From Vitrella brassicaformis CCMP3155 (lineage: Eukaryota; Protista; Chromerida), in the NCBI GenBank assembly GCA_001179505.1, contig CDMY01000343.1:48201-112200 (forward strand): a DNA stretch of 64,000 nt, given 5' to 3'. The translations under genes were made by a program, and so were the position numbers. Under the pieces are notes generated by a model. That model was not told the DNA's origin. It saw only the letters and a program-made list of their open reading frames with translations, and did no database searches. Position 1 is the stretch's first letter. The number at the start of each line of letters is the position of its first letter. Positions 1 to 13,365 of the stretch are shown here, piece after piece.

Positions 1-193
1 TGGATGGCCAGGGAACGGCCAGTTCTGTGCGTTGTGGGGCAGCCCTATGTTTCTCTGTCATTTCTCTATCACATCTCGCCATACACGCACGCGTGGATCT
101 GACCGTACACGCATCTGGCAGTGCCAGCCATGCACGCACCCCAAAATATGCAGCCCCGCCACCACACACACACACCACACGCGCTCGCCTGAG

Positions 194-2385
194 TCATGCA
201 GTGGTCTTGATGAGATATCCCTCAGCCTTGAGAGCTTTCTTGGTGAGATGCACCGGCACAAACTCATGTGCCCGGGGCTCCGCGTCGAACCTGCCGGTGG
301 GGTCGGCGATGAACACGCCGAGCACCGTGCGGCCGTACTTGCGGTTGCGCAGACCCACCAGACGACCGTCGCCCATAACCTGCATTGCCATGGCCACGCA
401 AAGATGTCATCCACGTGTGGGTGCGCGTGTCCGGGTGTGTGTGTGGCACATACGGGCGGCAGGGTGCCGATCTCTGAAGGGTATTCGATGAGCACGATGG
501 TGTCCTCCTTGATGAGCGGGCTGGAGGCGATGCAGCTGACCAGACGGGAGTAGACCACCTCCTCGTATGGCGGGCACACAAACACCAGGTCAACCGCATC
601 ACGCAGGGCAAACCGACCCGGGTAGCGGAGCGTCTCCTGTTGACACCACACACACACACAGAGAGAGAGAGAGAGATTACACACAGTGCGTGTGTAGGTG
701 TCTGACGTTCCAATGCTGACCTCCACGTCTGCACGTATGACGCGGCCCTGTGGCTGAAAGTTGCACTGGCGCAGGTTGTGCACCACCGACTGATGAGAAG
801 GAAAGAGAGAGGGAGAAAGGAAGATGCACCACACGTGTCACCCACCACTCACCCAGGCATCCATCCTTTTCTCTGTGTGTCACTCACTGACCTACCTGGC
901 AGCATTCCTTGGAAAGGTCAACGAAGGTGCCCGAGGCCGCTCCCCGTGAGAGCGCCTCGATGCCAACCGCACCCGTGCCGCTGTACAGATCCAGAAAACT
1001 GATCACGCCCACGGACAGACACCCACGGACAGACACCCACGAACATATGCGTGGCTTCCGATTTTCTCTCTCTCCCTCCCTCCCTCACGTGATGGGCTCC
1101 TCTTGATCGAAGACACCAAACTGCGTCAGCATGTTGAACACCGCCTCCCGCACCTACACACGCAGATCGCAGAGAGATCCACCAGGCCAGAGCTCTCCTC
1201 ATGGGTCGGCTCACCTTTGCCATCATGGGCCGCAGGTAGACAGGCGGGGATGTGAGTTTCCGCCCCTTCATGACGCCCCCACCCACCCGCAGCATCGACG
1301 GGTTGTTGGTCCCCGCCTGCACACGGCCCTGAGTCCGCCGAGGGGAACCACCAGACTCTGCATATGCAGTCGCAAAACAAAAGCATGGCTGTGTGTGTGT
1401 GTGTGTGTGTGTGTGTTGGGGGCGTGGGGTGAGGGAGTGACCTTTGAGTGGTGGTGGCATCTTGAGCAGTTTGTATCTGGTCTTCATGTCGCCGCGGACC
1501 TGCCTGGACGCCACCAGTCGGCTGTCGGGCACACCCTCACTGTCCCTGTGTGGCGTGGTGTGGTATGCATGAGAGCAAGAAGGCACTGATGCGTCTGTGG
1601 AGTTACCGGGAATCTGACGGCTCACCTGGATATCTCTCGCCTCCTGGGTGGCTGCAATCAAGCCACACACACATGTGCACACACACCGTGCTTGCAAACA
1701 GAGGCCCCATTGCATCCCATCCCATCTGCCCTTCACTCACTGACCTGTTTTGGCTTCTCTCTCCTGTCGTCGTCGGCCACGTCATCTCCCTCAAACAGCC
1801 CAAGATCCTCTATGTCATCCATCATACCAATCTCGCCACCCTCCCCCCCGACACCCCCATCCACACCCACACCCACATCTAAGCCAGTCGGCGCCGCGTG
1901 CAGCCGACTGACCGGCAACGGAGGCCTGACAACAGACACCATCGCAGGCAGGCGTGGACAGGTGTGAGTCTGGCATGCTGTGCACTGACAGTAGTTGTAG
2001 CAGCGCGCCGGTGTTTGTGATCCTGCAGCACTTGAGCTCGAGCACGCGCAGCTGGCGCAAAGCGGGAGGAAACGCGAACGCCGACACCTGCAATCCAGTC
2101 GTCCACACACACACACACACACCATCCCGTGATGGACAGAGCTGCCATATATCCATTCATGCACACGCATCCCATCTCCCAGCTCACCGTGCTGTTGCAG
2201 CTGCCGCTACCGGCATTGCTTCTCGTCACGGCTCCCCTCCCCCGCCACGGTCTCTTCTTCAGCCTGTGGCGAACCAGATGCGGCCATGCGGGGATGGACG
2301 ACTGCAGATGCGGCCGATCTGGGCCGGTGGCGGCAGATGCTTCATGCTGCGATGACAGCACACCGTACAGCACGCTCCAAAACAT
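194..2385 (-). CDS. rsmD: RsmD-like 16S rRNA m2G966 methyltransferase, multi-exon, with a long N-terminal extension (possible organelle targeting)
   Basis: Spliced exons give MLRVGGGVMKGRKLTSPPVYLRPMMAKV-REAVFNML (~1120-1300), FLDLYSGTGAVGIEALSRGA (SAM-binding motif, ~920-1000), DLVFVCPPYEEV (DPPY-like motif, ~560-600) and RKYGRTVL (~330). Stop at 194. The start codon is uncertain. Confidence 0.8.
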
Positions 2386-2452
2386 GTTTTTCACCTTCTT
2401 CGTCGTAGAAGCTCGCGCTCGCTAAGCTCGCAGATTTCCCCCTTTTGATGGT

Positions 2453-5165
2453 GTGAAATCGGCGCCTATTACCCAGGAATCAGTGCATTCATCGCTCGTG
2501 ATCATCCCAGCATCCAGCCCAGCATCCCCTGCTCCAGCTGACTCATCGGTCATCCCTCATCTGCCAGCCATCAGCCGTCCTTCCGTGCTTCAGGACCAGC
2601 CACACAAGGTCAGTCAGGTCATGCAGCAGTTTGAAGTGGAAGATCCTTCCGCATCGGCGCGGGACGGTGCGGACGGTGCTGCGAGAGATGTGAGAGACGG
2701 CCGGACACGGGGAGGCGTTGAGGGGCGCTGGGGCTGGCTGCGGACGAGGCTGGGGAAGGTGTCGATTGCGGTGGTCATCGTGGCCTTTGTGGCGATGCTC
2801 TTGGTAATGGGTGTGTGTGTGCGGCCGGTCGATGAATGACAGACAGACAGACAGACAGACAGAGAGGCAGGCAGGCAGGCATCACAGTGCAGTGTGTGTT
2901 GGATGTGTGTGTGCTGTTGTTATCTGTTTGTAGAATTGGGGGTTCGAGGGTCGGGACCGTGAGGATGCCCATGACAGCGTGGCCCGCTGGGTGCGGCACC
3001 TCAGGCCCTACAAGACCGCATTCGCCACTCTATACCGTGAGACGCTAGACAGACAGACACGCACAGAGAGAGAGAGGGGGGGGGGGGAGAGAGAGAGAGA
3101 CGAGTCTGCCCATGTGTGTGTGGTGGGCGTGTCATGGACGGCTGAATGCAGTTGACCCCAGGCGTGCGCACCGTCTGCTGCTGCAGTTCCCTTTGCCCTT
3201 CCTCAAAGACCCCACCGCACAGGCAAGGCACACTCACCCACACACCCACACACGCACACACATACATCCATCCATCCATCCGGTGCCTCATGTGTGGCAA
3301 GTATGTGTCTGTGTGGGTGTGGGTGTAGGTGTTGGTGACGAGTGTGTTTGCCCGCGGCCCGTACTCGCACTACCCGGCCAGCTATGGCAGCGACATCGTT
3401 CTCGAGTTCAGACTCACTGCCGATGACACCGGTGAGTCAATGGGCACATGTAGTGGTCCAGTGGTTCATTGGTCCATTCCTTCAGCTGTGGAGGTGCGTC
3501 GTGTGCCGCTGGAGATGCGCACATCTGACCCACAATCGGTGTACACCGTCAAGAAGGCTCTATGGACAGGCAAGGCATGCACGGCACTGACCCACTCGTG
3601 TATCCATCCATTCCACCTTCTCCCATTCCTCGCAGGGTGGCTGGTGGATCTGCCGATATTGGCTCGAGGTCAGCCCTACGGCCCCCACACGCACACCCAC
3701 ACCCACACACAGCAGCAGCAGCAGCAGCAGAAGGGCGCCCCACAGCCGTATGCCAAAGCGGATGTGGTGCTGGTGGACGCCTGGGTGGGTGGGTGGGTGC
3801 GTGAGTTGATCAGAGGCACATGGAGAGTGTATGTCAGGCATGAGAGTGCGGTGTGAGAGTGTGTGTGTTTGTTTGGACAGGGATTGACGGCGAATGGGTT
3901 CTTTCAGTCGTCCGTGAAGCCGAGAGAGGTCGTAGGTACGTCAGCAGTCAGCCAAGGCGGATACCTACCAAGATGATTCTTTGCTCCATGGTGTGTGCGT
4001 GTGTGGGTGTGTGATAGGCGTGAAGGTAGACATGAACGACACGCGAGCGTACCACATCAACTTCGCCACCACCGTCCACCACCTCATGCAGGAACGGGAC
4101 AACAGATGTCAGCACACCCACAGCCGACACACACACGCACTGACCGATTGCTCGCCCATCCATCCATCCATCCATCTGTGTGAGCAGATCCCCTCTCCAT
4201 AACATACACAGTCTCTTTGCTTCCATACCCACTGCTGCCAGGGAGGGTGGCCGACGACAGGGTAAGCCTTTAAGCCAAGCGTCCACCATCGAGCCTCCGT
4301 CGGTGCGTGTGTGTGTATGTCTGTGTGTGTGTGCAGGTGGGATACTTCACCAGCACCTACTACGACGTCGGCTACCACCGGCCAATGTGGGAAGGGATGA
4401 GCGAAGCGAATAGCAACAACAGCAACACACGATGGGCCGGCTGTTGGTACGGGTAAGACAGTAGGTCAGAGACCACTCACTGCTCATGGCGGGTCGGTGC
4501 ACTCACTGTGGTCGTGTGTGTGTGTGTGTTGGGTGTCTGTCACCAGGCATGGCGAGGGCTACTATGAGTATGCCACCAGCAACAATGCCACGAGCAGCCG
4601 CATCAACTGCGTCAGGACCAAACGGCTGTCGGAATATGTCGACAGAGAGGTGTGAGCATTGACACACACACGCACACACACACACACACACATTTGTATG
4701 TCTGTTTGTACGGCGGCAGGTGACAGTAATCCAACGCCGCCGTCTCCTGCCGGCAGACAGCCAGAGAAACGTCTCATACCCACTGCTCTACTTCATTGGT
4801 ACACACACACACATAGACGATTTCCGGCGTCCGTGTCTGACGCGTTCTTCCTTCAGACCCCTCAGTGCCTGTCCGGTGGCGGCCCGCCATGTGTCGTGGC
4901 GTCGAGAAGTGGAACCAGGCCTTCAAGCTCCTGGGATATGACCCACACTATCAGAGCCGTCGCACCTGGTCAGTGAGTGACCAATGTTCTGCAGATGTGC
5001 AGATGCGCGATGGATGGATGGATGCGCGTGTGTGTGTGTGTTGGAGCAGGCGACGCACGGTGGCCGGCAGACTACAGTGTGGGCGACATGCGGTACAACA
5101 CCATCACCTGGGGAGCGGCACTCGACCGCATATTCGCAATCGGTACACATATATACGCACACACA

Positions 5166-5202
<37 letters not shown>

Positions 5203-8200
5203 GTGGTGTGGCCATTGTGCAGGTCCATCGGTGATAGACCCACGCAGTGGTGAGATCCTCAAGAGCGACATTTTCTTCACCGAGGGGTGGATCAAGTCAT
5301 TCATCAACCAGTTCGAGCGAAGATACCCTCAGATCTACACACAAGAAGAAGAAGGTCGGCTCACCCCTCCCCCCCCTCCCCCTCCCCTCCCCGAAACACA
5401 CACACATATGATGCTCTTTCTTCCGAACGTCCATCCGCCAGGTGATGACCGCCAGCAGTCGTCGTCTATCGTCGAGCATTTCATTTCCTCAATGCCAAAT
5501 GCCGACAGCGACGCGCTGAGGGGTCTGCTGTCCAACGCCCAGCTGACCGACAGGGAGCTCATCGAGGGCTTTCTGCGCGCCCACTCTAACACCGAGAACA
5601 CCGACGCACGGGGAACGAGATACACAAAACACGGTGCCACACAGAGAGAGAGAGGCGTGGGCGCACCAATGGTGGTGTGTGGGCGGGTGGGTGGGTGTGT
5701 GTGTGTGTAGCTGTCCCCGGACTGCACGAGCGCATGGCGCACGAGGCGCGTGACGGCTCCTTTGTGGCGCTGAAGCTGATGTACCACCAACACATGAAGG
5801 ACGAAGAGAGCAGAAGACAGCTGCAGAGAAAGAGTCAGTCAGACACCCACACACATACCCTCCCACTTATGGGACCCATCAGTACGTGTTGTGTGTGCGT
5901 GTGCATGTGATTGATGGTGGCATGGCAGGCGGCAACGTGACCAATGTCGTGAGGGATGCGGCCACGTCGTCACACGCGTGGATGCCAAATGATCAACGCA
6001 CCCTCCAAGGTACAGACAGAGCCAAGCGGCTTCCAAGCCTGTGTGTATGTGTCGGCTGACTGCAATGCTATCAACGCAATGCAGGCGGCAACTCGACGAC
6101 TGATGATGGTGTCGATGGTGCCGGATGGCCGAGTGGCAGCTGGAGTTGGTATGAGCGAATATTGGAGGCCGGGCTGGAAGACGTCGTCACACACGAAGTA
6201 AGCGACTCAGTGAGTGGATGGATGGATGGATGGCATCCAACCAGTACTTACCGACACACACGAATCGAATGCTGCGGGTGTGAACCGACAGGTCGGCCAC
6301 ACACTGGGGCTGCGGCACAACTTCAAGTGACTAGTGAATGAGTGAATGACGACATTCCGGCCAGACACACAAACAAATAAACTGCCCCCCTGTGTGTATG
6401 TTCCTCCCTCCCCCTCTGCGTGTCTGCCTGCCTCTGTGCGGGCGGTGTGTTGCGTCAGGGCGTCCACCACCATCCCGTGGGAGCAGCTCACCAACGCCAC
6501 ATACATCTGCAAACACGGGCAAGTTCGTCGGTGGCCTGCAGGCCCCACACCCCACGACGCATCCACGCGTGTGTGTGTGTGTGTGTGTGTGCAGGTTGGG
6601 CAGCAGTGTGATGGATTACACTGCGGTCAACATGGCTGCCGGGGTGGCCGACGACGCACTCTACTTCAGCCCCACTATCGGAGACTACGACAAACTCGCA
6701 ATACGGTCAGCCGGATATATACTACACAATCAACACACACGTAATAATCCTTCGCACGTGTGTGGTGTGCATCGCGTAGATTCGGCTACCGACGGCTGGA
6801 GGATGAGGTCAGCCATCACGACAGACACAGACAGACATGTGTGTGTTGTGTGATGGTGACGTTTGTCTGCCCTGCCTGTAGGTGTCGGGTGTGCCGCACC
6901 CCTCGTCCCTCTCGCTGCTGTCCTCTGAACCGATGGCGTTCGCCACTGACGAGGACGACCCCGACGCCAGCGGAACGGACCCATACAACAACGTGGTGAG
7001 CGTCGTGTGTGGCTGTCTGTGTGTGTTTGCATAGCATTCTGTGGTGTGCACTTGCTTGCTTTGGTTGGTTGGCTGCAGCGAGATCTCAGCAACCCGCTGC
7101 AGGTGTCTGTCCGCAGAGGATACAGAGGATCATACGTGTGCATCTATCCTTCGCATCTGTTTGTGTGCATGCGCCTTGCTCAGTTCTACTTGAACGAGCT
7201 CGAGTACGTCAAGGTACGGAGAACCAACACCAACACACACGTGTGACAAACACGCATCCATCGAGGGGCGAGTGAAGTGAGTGCACTCACTCACTATACC
7301 TACCGCAGAACATCCGTTCGGTGCTGCTGGAGAGTTCCGTGCTGCCAGGGGAGGATATGTCGCGCCTCGCAGAGGCAGAAATGACCATCCTCGGCAGAGT
7401 ACACCCACCCACCTCACCAAGCACACACACACACACACACACGAATGGATGTCTGTGTGGATGTCTGTGTGTATGTGTGAAGGTGATGACGGCTGGCATG
7501 TATCTCTCCAAGTTCCTCGGTGGTGTGGTGCTGACCAAGGATCCCAAACCAACACCAACACAGGCAAACGAGATGATGGCAGAGGCAACAGCCGCCATGG
7601 CCCCGCCCGCATTAGCTGTGGACGGCAACAGGCAGCAGGAGGCCCTGGAAGCCATCACCGAGGTTCGTATACACATCTGACCGACAGAGAGTGCACTGCA
7701 CCTGGGGAAGGAAACCAATACACACATGTGTGTGTGTAGTCAGATATTGACAGGTGTGCCTGCGCGTGACGATCGTCGCGGCAAGGGGAGCCGGGGGAAA
7801 AGGAAAAGCGGTGTGGATGGCCGGGGGTCGTCGCTGTACCCCTCACCCGAATCGGTGCAGTATCTGGTACGATGAATGCATAGCGACCACAGCCGCACAC
7901 AACACACGCGTTTCGGTGCCCATGTCATGTGTGTTTTGGTGTTGGTGTCAATCAATGTGTCTGTCAGGTGCGTCGTGTGGGCGTGTGCAGCGGCCCCACC
8001 CGCTTCTGCATGGGCAGAGAACCGCTGGACATCCTCGCATCAATCGACTGTATGCGACCGATCCACCACCCACACGGACAGACAGACACACAGGCAGGCA
8101 GACAGGCATACAGTCTATCCGTCTGCTGCTCATTCATGTCTGTATATGTGTGTTTGTGATTTGTTGGCTGATCGATCGTCCAGCGCTGCAGAAGCTGCTG

Positions 8201-8808
8201 CTGCTATTCATCTTCCTTCCCCGTCGCCTGGTCCGCCTGCGGACACTCTCCTGGCTCTCTGCCGACTATGGCAGTGGCTCTCGGGCATCGTCGCCACCCT
8301 TGGCCACGGCCCCTCCCCCAGCAACCATTCAGCCGGGCACACTCGAGCAGCCAGACGAGCAGCCGATGGTGACGCATACGGGCGGCAATGAGACGTTCTC
8401 TGCCGACTACATGACGACCGACGAGAGGCGAGAGCTGAGAGGGAGAGGCGGCAACGATCGGGAAAGTCCTTTCACGACAAGCAGACTTGTGAAAGAGGTA
8501 CACAGTACATGTTGACAGACCGACAAGCCCAGCATATGTGTACCTTCCATGTGTGTGGCAGCTTGGATCGTCTTTGTGGCCCGAGTTCCCTTCCCGTGGT
8601 GGTGCAGCGAGCGTTGGCCGCGAGCCGCTAGCCTTTCGCGCAGTGCGGTCGCCTCAACGATGGAGTCTGCAGATATTCTGGATCGAGCTGATGGGTGCTC
8701 TCGCTGACGGCCTTCTGCCTATCCAGGAGCTGCGTGCATCGGCCACTACAGAGCTATGGCGAATACAGGTCGGTAGAGGGATGGAGATGGCAAAAATGTC
8801 GTTTGGCG

Positions 8809-8846
<38 letters not shown>

Positions 8847-8992
8847 TGTGTATTCAGGCTGTGTTGACAAGTCTGAAGGACGATAAGCGGCTGATGAGCG
8901 GCCCTCTTGCCGACCTGCCGTCGCATTTGCGGCTGTGCGAGCAGACGCTTGATGAGACACTCGATCCGCTGAGGCGGGGCAGAGGGAGATGA
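2453..8992 (+). CDS. Bacterial-type zinc-dependent met-zincin (EcxA/DUF5117-DUF4953-like) with an N-terminal transmembrane anchor, about 20 exons
   Basis: TM segment VSIAVVIVAFVAMLLVM (~2760-2810). Motifs VGYFTSTYYDVG, CRGVEKWNQAF, GDMRYNTI and DPRSGEILKSDI. Zinc motif HE|VGHTLGLRHNF split by an intron (6192-6327). SSVMDY Met-turn and IGDYDKLAI (~6600-6700). TGA at 8990-8992. The first in-frame ATG is at 2621, so the start is uncertain. Confidence 0.8.
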
Positions 8993-9727
8993 CCTGGGTG
9001 GTGTATCTATCGATTGCATGGTGTGATGGCTGCATTCATATATGCATATGTCGATAGATATGATGTGATGACTAGGAGAACGACAGACTATATTTTGGCT
9101 ATCGTCATCTTTTGAATGATTGCTTTTCAGTGTGTTTCATGGGCGAGAGGGCATTGAATCAGCAATGAGACATGAAAAACATGAAGATGTAAAGAGGTCT
9201 GCATGAAGTGTATGACGATAAGCTATAATAAAATCTACTAGGACGGATGTCTGTTTGTAGCAGGATGCCTCGGCGAGATAACAGGAAAACATGTGCTCCG
9301 ACAATGCTTTCATTATGGGTTCGGTCGGACGGCGCCTTCTGGGGCGGCGACGGATCCCGTTCTTGTCCGTTGCCTGTCAAGTCACAGCCATTGACACACA
9401 TGCACAAGACGCACGGGTGTATAGTCAGCGACATGTCTCTTCACTTCGTGACTCTCTCTAGTTGTGCCTGGCTGGCTGCTGACTGGCTGGCTTGACTCGT
9501 GTTGCTCGGTCGTACGTACCTGAGGTCGGTCCCGTCGTCGACCTGCTGTTGCTCTGTGGTCTCGTCCGCTCACTCTGGCTCGTACTCGGGCTCGGCCCGT
9601 GTTCCTCCGGAATCATATCACATCACATCATGACTCATGCTTTTGGATTCGCTTTAGGTGTCAGCGATGACCTGGCTGTTCGTCACTCTGACTGTGTGTG
9701 TCTGACTGACTTGTTAATAGTACTCCC

Positions 9728-11782
9728 CTAAGTCAGCTCCCTAGTCTGATTGGGGTGATTTGGCTTGCCACCTGCTAGCCGTTTACCTCTAGGTGCCTCG
9801 TCGGATGGGGTTCTCTCGTACTCGCGCCACACGGCTTCAAAGTCGTCGAAATTGAGCTGGTTCCCCTCCCTCAGAAGCACCAGCCTCTTTCGGAGAGGCG
9901 TCCTCCTCAGAAGCACTAGCCTCTTTCGGAGGGGCGCCCTCCTCAGAAGCACTAGCCTCTTTCGGAGGGGCGTCTTTTCAAGAGTCCAACTCCATCTCTA
10001 CCTCGTCCACTATCTTCCTGAGCCTGTTCGCGCTGGCGATGGTCCTTGGCCCTCCGAGCATGGCTCGCACATACGTCTTGACTTTCTCGGCGTCCATTCG
10101 ACCGTCTATGGTGAAGAGTTCGTGAGTAACTTCGGCAGGTGCCGTCGGTGCCGTGTAGCCTGCGATGTTGTTGGCTATCTCGTTTAGAGTCGTCGGTACT
10201 GCTGTGGAGATTTTCTGGTCGCCACTCAAACGGGCTGCTGCTCTGAGCATGGCTTTCGTCTGCTCCAGAAAATTCGCGCCAGCCGGCTCGGCTCCCCCCT
10301 TCCTCTCGATTTCCGAGCAGTTCTTGAGCATGCCCACGCAACCCGCATCTGGCATACGCACACGCACACATGCATGCGTGCCTTCAGGTATCATGCTGCT
10401 CTGTATGTGAGTGAAGCTGCTTTGGTCGGTGGTTTACCTGCTGCAGCATACACCGGTTGTGAAGTGCGAAGTGCGAGGATGGTATTAGTCCAGCCACTGC
10501 TCCAGCTCGTGACAGAACTGTCGGTCAGTCATCTTCTTCCGTAGCTCCCGTCAGTTCAACATACCGTCATCATCACGAAGGCCACATAGCGAAAACACAA
10601 CCGGCACGCCACCCGTGAAGTCGCGAGGCAACTCGACCATTCACCAACGCTCAGGGTCCAAACGACTCTCGCCTACCCGCAGAAACGCGGTGGTATTGGC
10701 GTACTGAGACGCTTGCTGGCCGTGCTTCGGGTTGTGGCACAACTTGCACGGCGCATTGACCGTGATAGAGTTCTCTCCCTTGACACAATCGGTAACACCC
10801 ATGTCAATGGAGATCATCCTGTGGGAAAACACAAAAAAGAGAAAGACACACATCCAGGAGCAAAGCGCCTCGTCGGGTGGGGGGTTATTGTAAAGGTCAC
10901 TGTATGTGTATGAAGCGCACAGCGTCAGGCGTCATGAGAATAATCTGAGTGGAGAAACACACCCAGTGACCCACACACACACGGAGGAGCTGAGTCGTGC
11001 TTTTCCCTGACCTGCCCCTCCCCCACCATTCCTCCCTCCCCTGACAGGTGTCAAAGGGTACCTGCAGACCCGCATTGACGTAGCAAGTCGTCCCAAAGTT
11101 GTGCCAGCCTGGAGGTCCGATCTGGAGAGCAGGGGGTGGAGAGCAGGTCAGCGTCAGCGACCGACAGGTTGGTGCCCATGGTGTACCGAATACGCAACAT
11201 GCATGGTGCGTGCAGCCATGAGTACTGTTGAGGGTATAGAAGAAGGCAAGTCGCATATCCTGATTCAACTCGAACAGGTGTTCCCAGATGTGTAGCCGGA
11301 CAGGAGTCGCGGGGTTGCAGGTACCGTTGCAGGTGGGTGTAGGGAGAATGGCCGGGCCAGCGATTATTGCGACAGAGCGGCCTTGGAGACTGAGCCTCCA
11401 CACACCCGCGATGGACGGCCCAACACCCTCTTCACGCCCGGCTTATCAAACCTCCATCCAGACCCCAGTGCCTTCGCTCCTTTGCCCCGCGGCACTTGGC
11501 TGAATTCCCACTGGCCATCAGCAACTTCGAGCTGGCCGCTGATACCGCTGATGCTCTGCACGTCGTCACCGTCAGTGAATGATCTTGGTACCGCTTGGAG
11601 TAGGTCGAGGCCTGAATCAAGAGGGCGTCCTGTGGGTTGGTCTCATCGGGCTTGTCCCCCTCGTGGAACTGCAGCTTGTGAGCCTCCTGGGTTGGGATTA
11701 TGTCGGCGCGGTACAGCACGCCGTCCCAGGCATCTTGCATACGGCGCTCTACGTTGTCATTGTTCTGCTGGTTGGCCACCTG

Positions 11783-11813
<31 letters not shown>

Positions 11814-12030
11814 CACAGGACACGCCGTCATTGGTCGATGCGTCTTGGCAACATACCGGTGAATTCGGTGGGGGGCGCGCACCTGGAAGTCGGTGCCGAA
11901 CAGCCTGGAAGTCGGTGCCGAACAGCGATGGGCCGATAGAACAGGGATGCCATGCAGGACTTCTGATGCGAGGGATTGCATCTGTCTCGTCTCTCGCGAC
12001 TCTCCGACACTTGCAGCGAGCCATTGCGTC
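9728..12030 (-). pseudogene. Degenerate ubiquitin-specific protease (USP/C19)-like gene
   Basis: Cys-box-like PPGWHNFGTTCYVNAGLQ (~11060-11120) and a CxxC (CKLC, ~10740), with no His box. Lesions: a 22-bp direct duplication at 11882-11925, an in-frame TGA at 9978-9980 and a +1 G near 9866. Confidence 0.55.
9866..9973. repeat. 36-bp tandem repeat x3
   Basis: The unit (t/c)cctcctcagaagcactagcctctttcggaggggcg occurs three times head-to-tail. On the minus strand it encodes (D/G)APPKEASASEE. Confidence 0.95.
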
Positions 12031-12299
12031 ACTTGCAGAAGCTGAGAAGGCTACAGAGCGTTGTCAATGCTGCGCTATACGTCATGCTCGCCGAGAGAAT
12101 CCCAGCCAAATCGTAAACTAGCCTTGAGGGGCAATGTACTCTACTTGGATACGATAGCGTCCTCCTGTGTGCCTCTCTGGGTGTGGAGATCACATCACAT
12201 CATGACTCATGCTGTTTTGGATTCGCTTTGGGTGTCAGCGATGACCTATTGTAATGTGTGTGTGCCATGGCTGGATGTTGTAATCGTTTCTGTCAGACT

Positions 12300-13230
12300 C
12301 GATGACTGAATGGCTTCTCTCACATGAACGAGTGAGCGAAAAGCACAATTCAGCGGCAAACTGAAACTCGCTCCAGTGGTGTGGTTTGGTTTGGTGTGCC
12401 GGGCGGCTCGACACGCTGACGAACATGATGCACATGACTTGATGCGTTAAAAGGAAGTCACCACACACACACACACACACACACATCACGCCGTGCATCG
12501 CCAGACATGAGCAGGAGGCCGCCAAGGTTCTAAGAAAGGCCCATACGCAACAACCAGTCGAGAGGAAAAACCCATCGCCGATCTGTCTGTCTATCTGTCA
12601 CTCTTAGATAATAATGGTGTGCATCCGACACATCGCTCTCTCCTGGGCCTCAAACCGTCCCCCGTCTCGTAGCCGGTGAGCACCTCCTGCGTCAACAGGT
12701 CACGTCATCGATCACTCTTCATCAACAGACAAAGGACCCTCCCCGCCCGACGCCCTCACGACTCCCGAGGCAGGCAGGGCCGCGATGTCGTCGCTGGGAG
12801 GGCTTGAGGCCACTCGGCGATGTGGGTCGTTGGTGTGCGTGTCGGCTGGTTGATGTGACGGCGAAGAGCACCACGGCAGAGGCGGAAGAGGCAAACTAGC
12901 TGCCGGCGAGAACAAGGCCACCGCAGGCAGGCAGGCAGCACGGACAGCAGCAACAGATGGCTGGACAGATAGACACAGAAGAGACAGCGTCAGCAGCAGG
13001 CAGGCAGGCCGGCCGGCCTCACGATGAAGAAACGGCGGAGCGATGAAGTCAGTCAGTCACTCCAGTGGGTGCGTCCGTGAGTCTGCCGGCCTTCTTGTAG
13101 AGGAGGCAGTACGCCTCAGTCCGCTGCACCTCGGCTGCATTCATTGGACCCACACATACACACACACGCACATACAAATGTGCAATCGAGGTTTGCCTCA
13201 TACCAGCGTCTAATTCGTCAACAACTTGAC
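12300..13230 (-). pseudogene. Orphan duplicate of the last exons and 3' flank of the USP gene at 18810-19920
   Basis: 12486-12960 is near-identical to 19257-19790. It retains the exon EVQRTEAYCLLYKKA, against DVRRTKAYCLLYKKA in the full copy. No upstream USP exons are present. Confidence 0.8.
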
Positions 13231-13365
13231 CACCAAGAGATTCAAGACCTATGTACACAGGGCTTGTGCGTCTGCCTGACTGCTGGCGATCCCATATCAA
13301 TTGACAGCCGCCTCACACGCAAGAAGCCCTCCTTAACCGCAACAAAAAGTCACAGACCATCACAT

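Noticed and set aside
9866-9973. 36-bp direct repeats as a CRISPR array
   Set aside because: The units are contiguous with no spacers, there are no cas genes, and the repeat is an in-frame 12-codon coding repeat in a eukaryotic locus.
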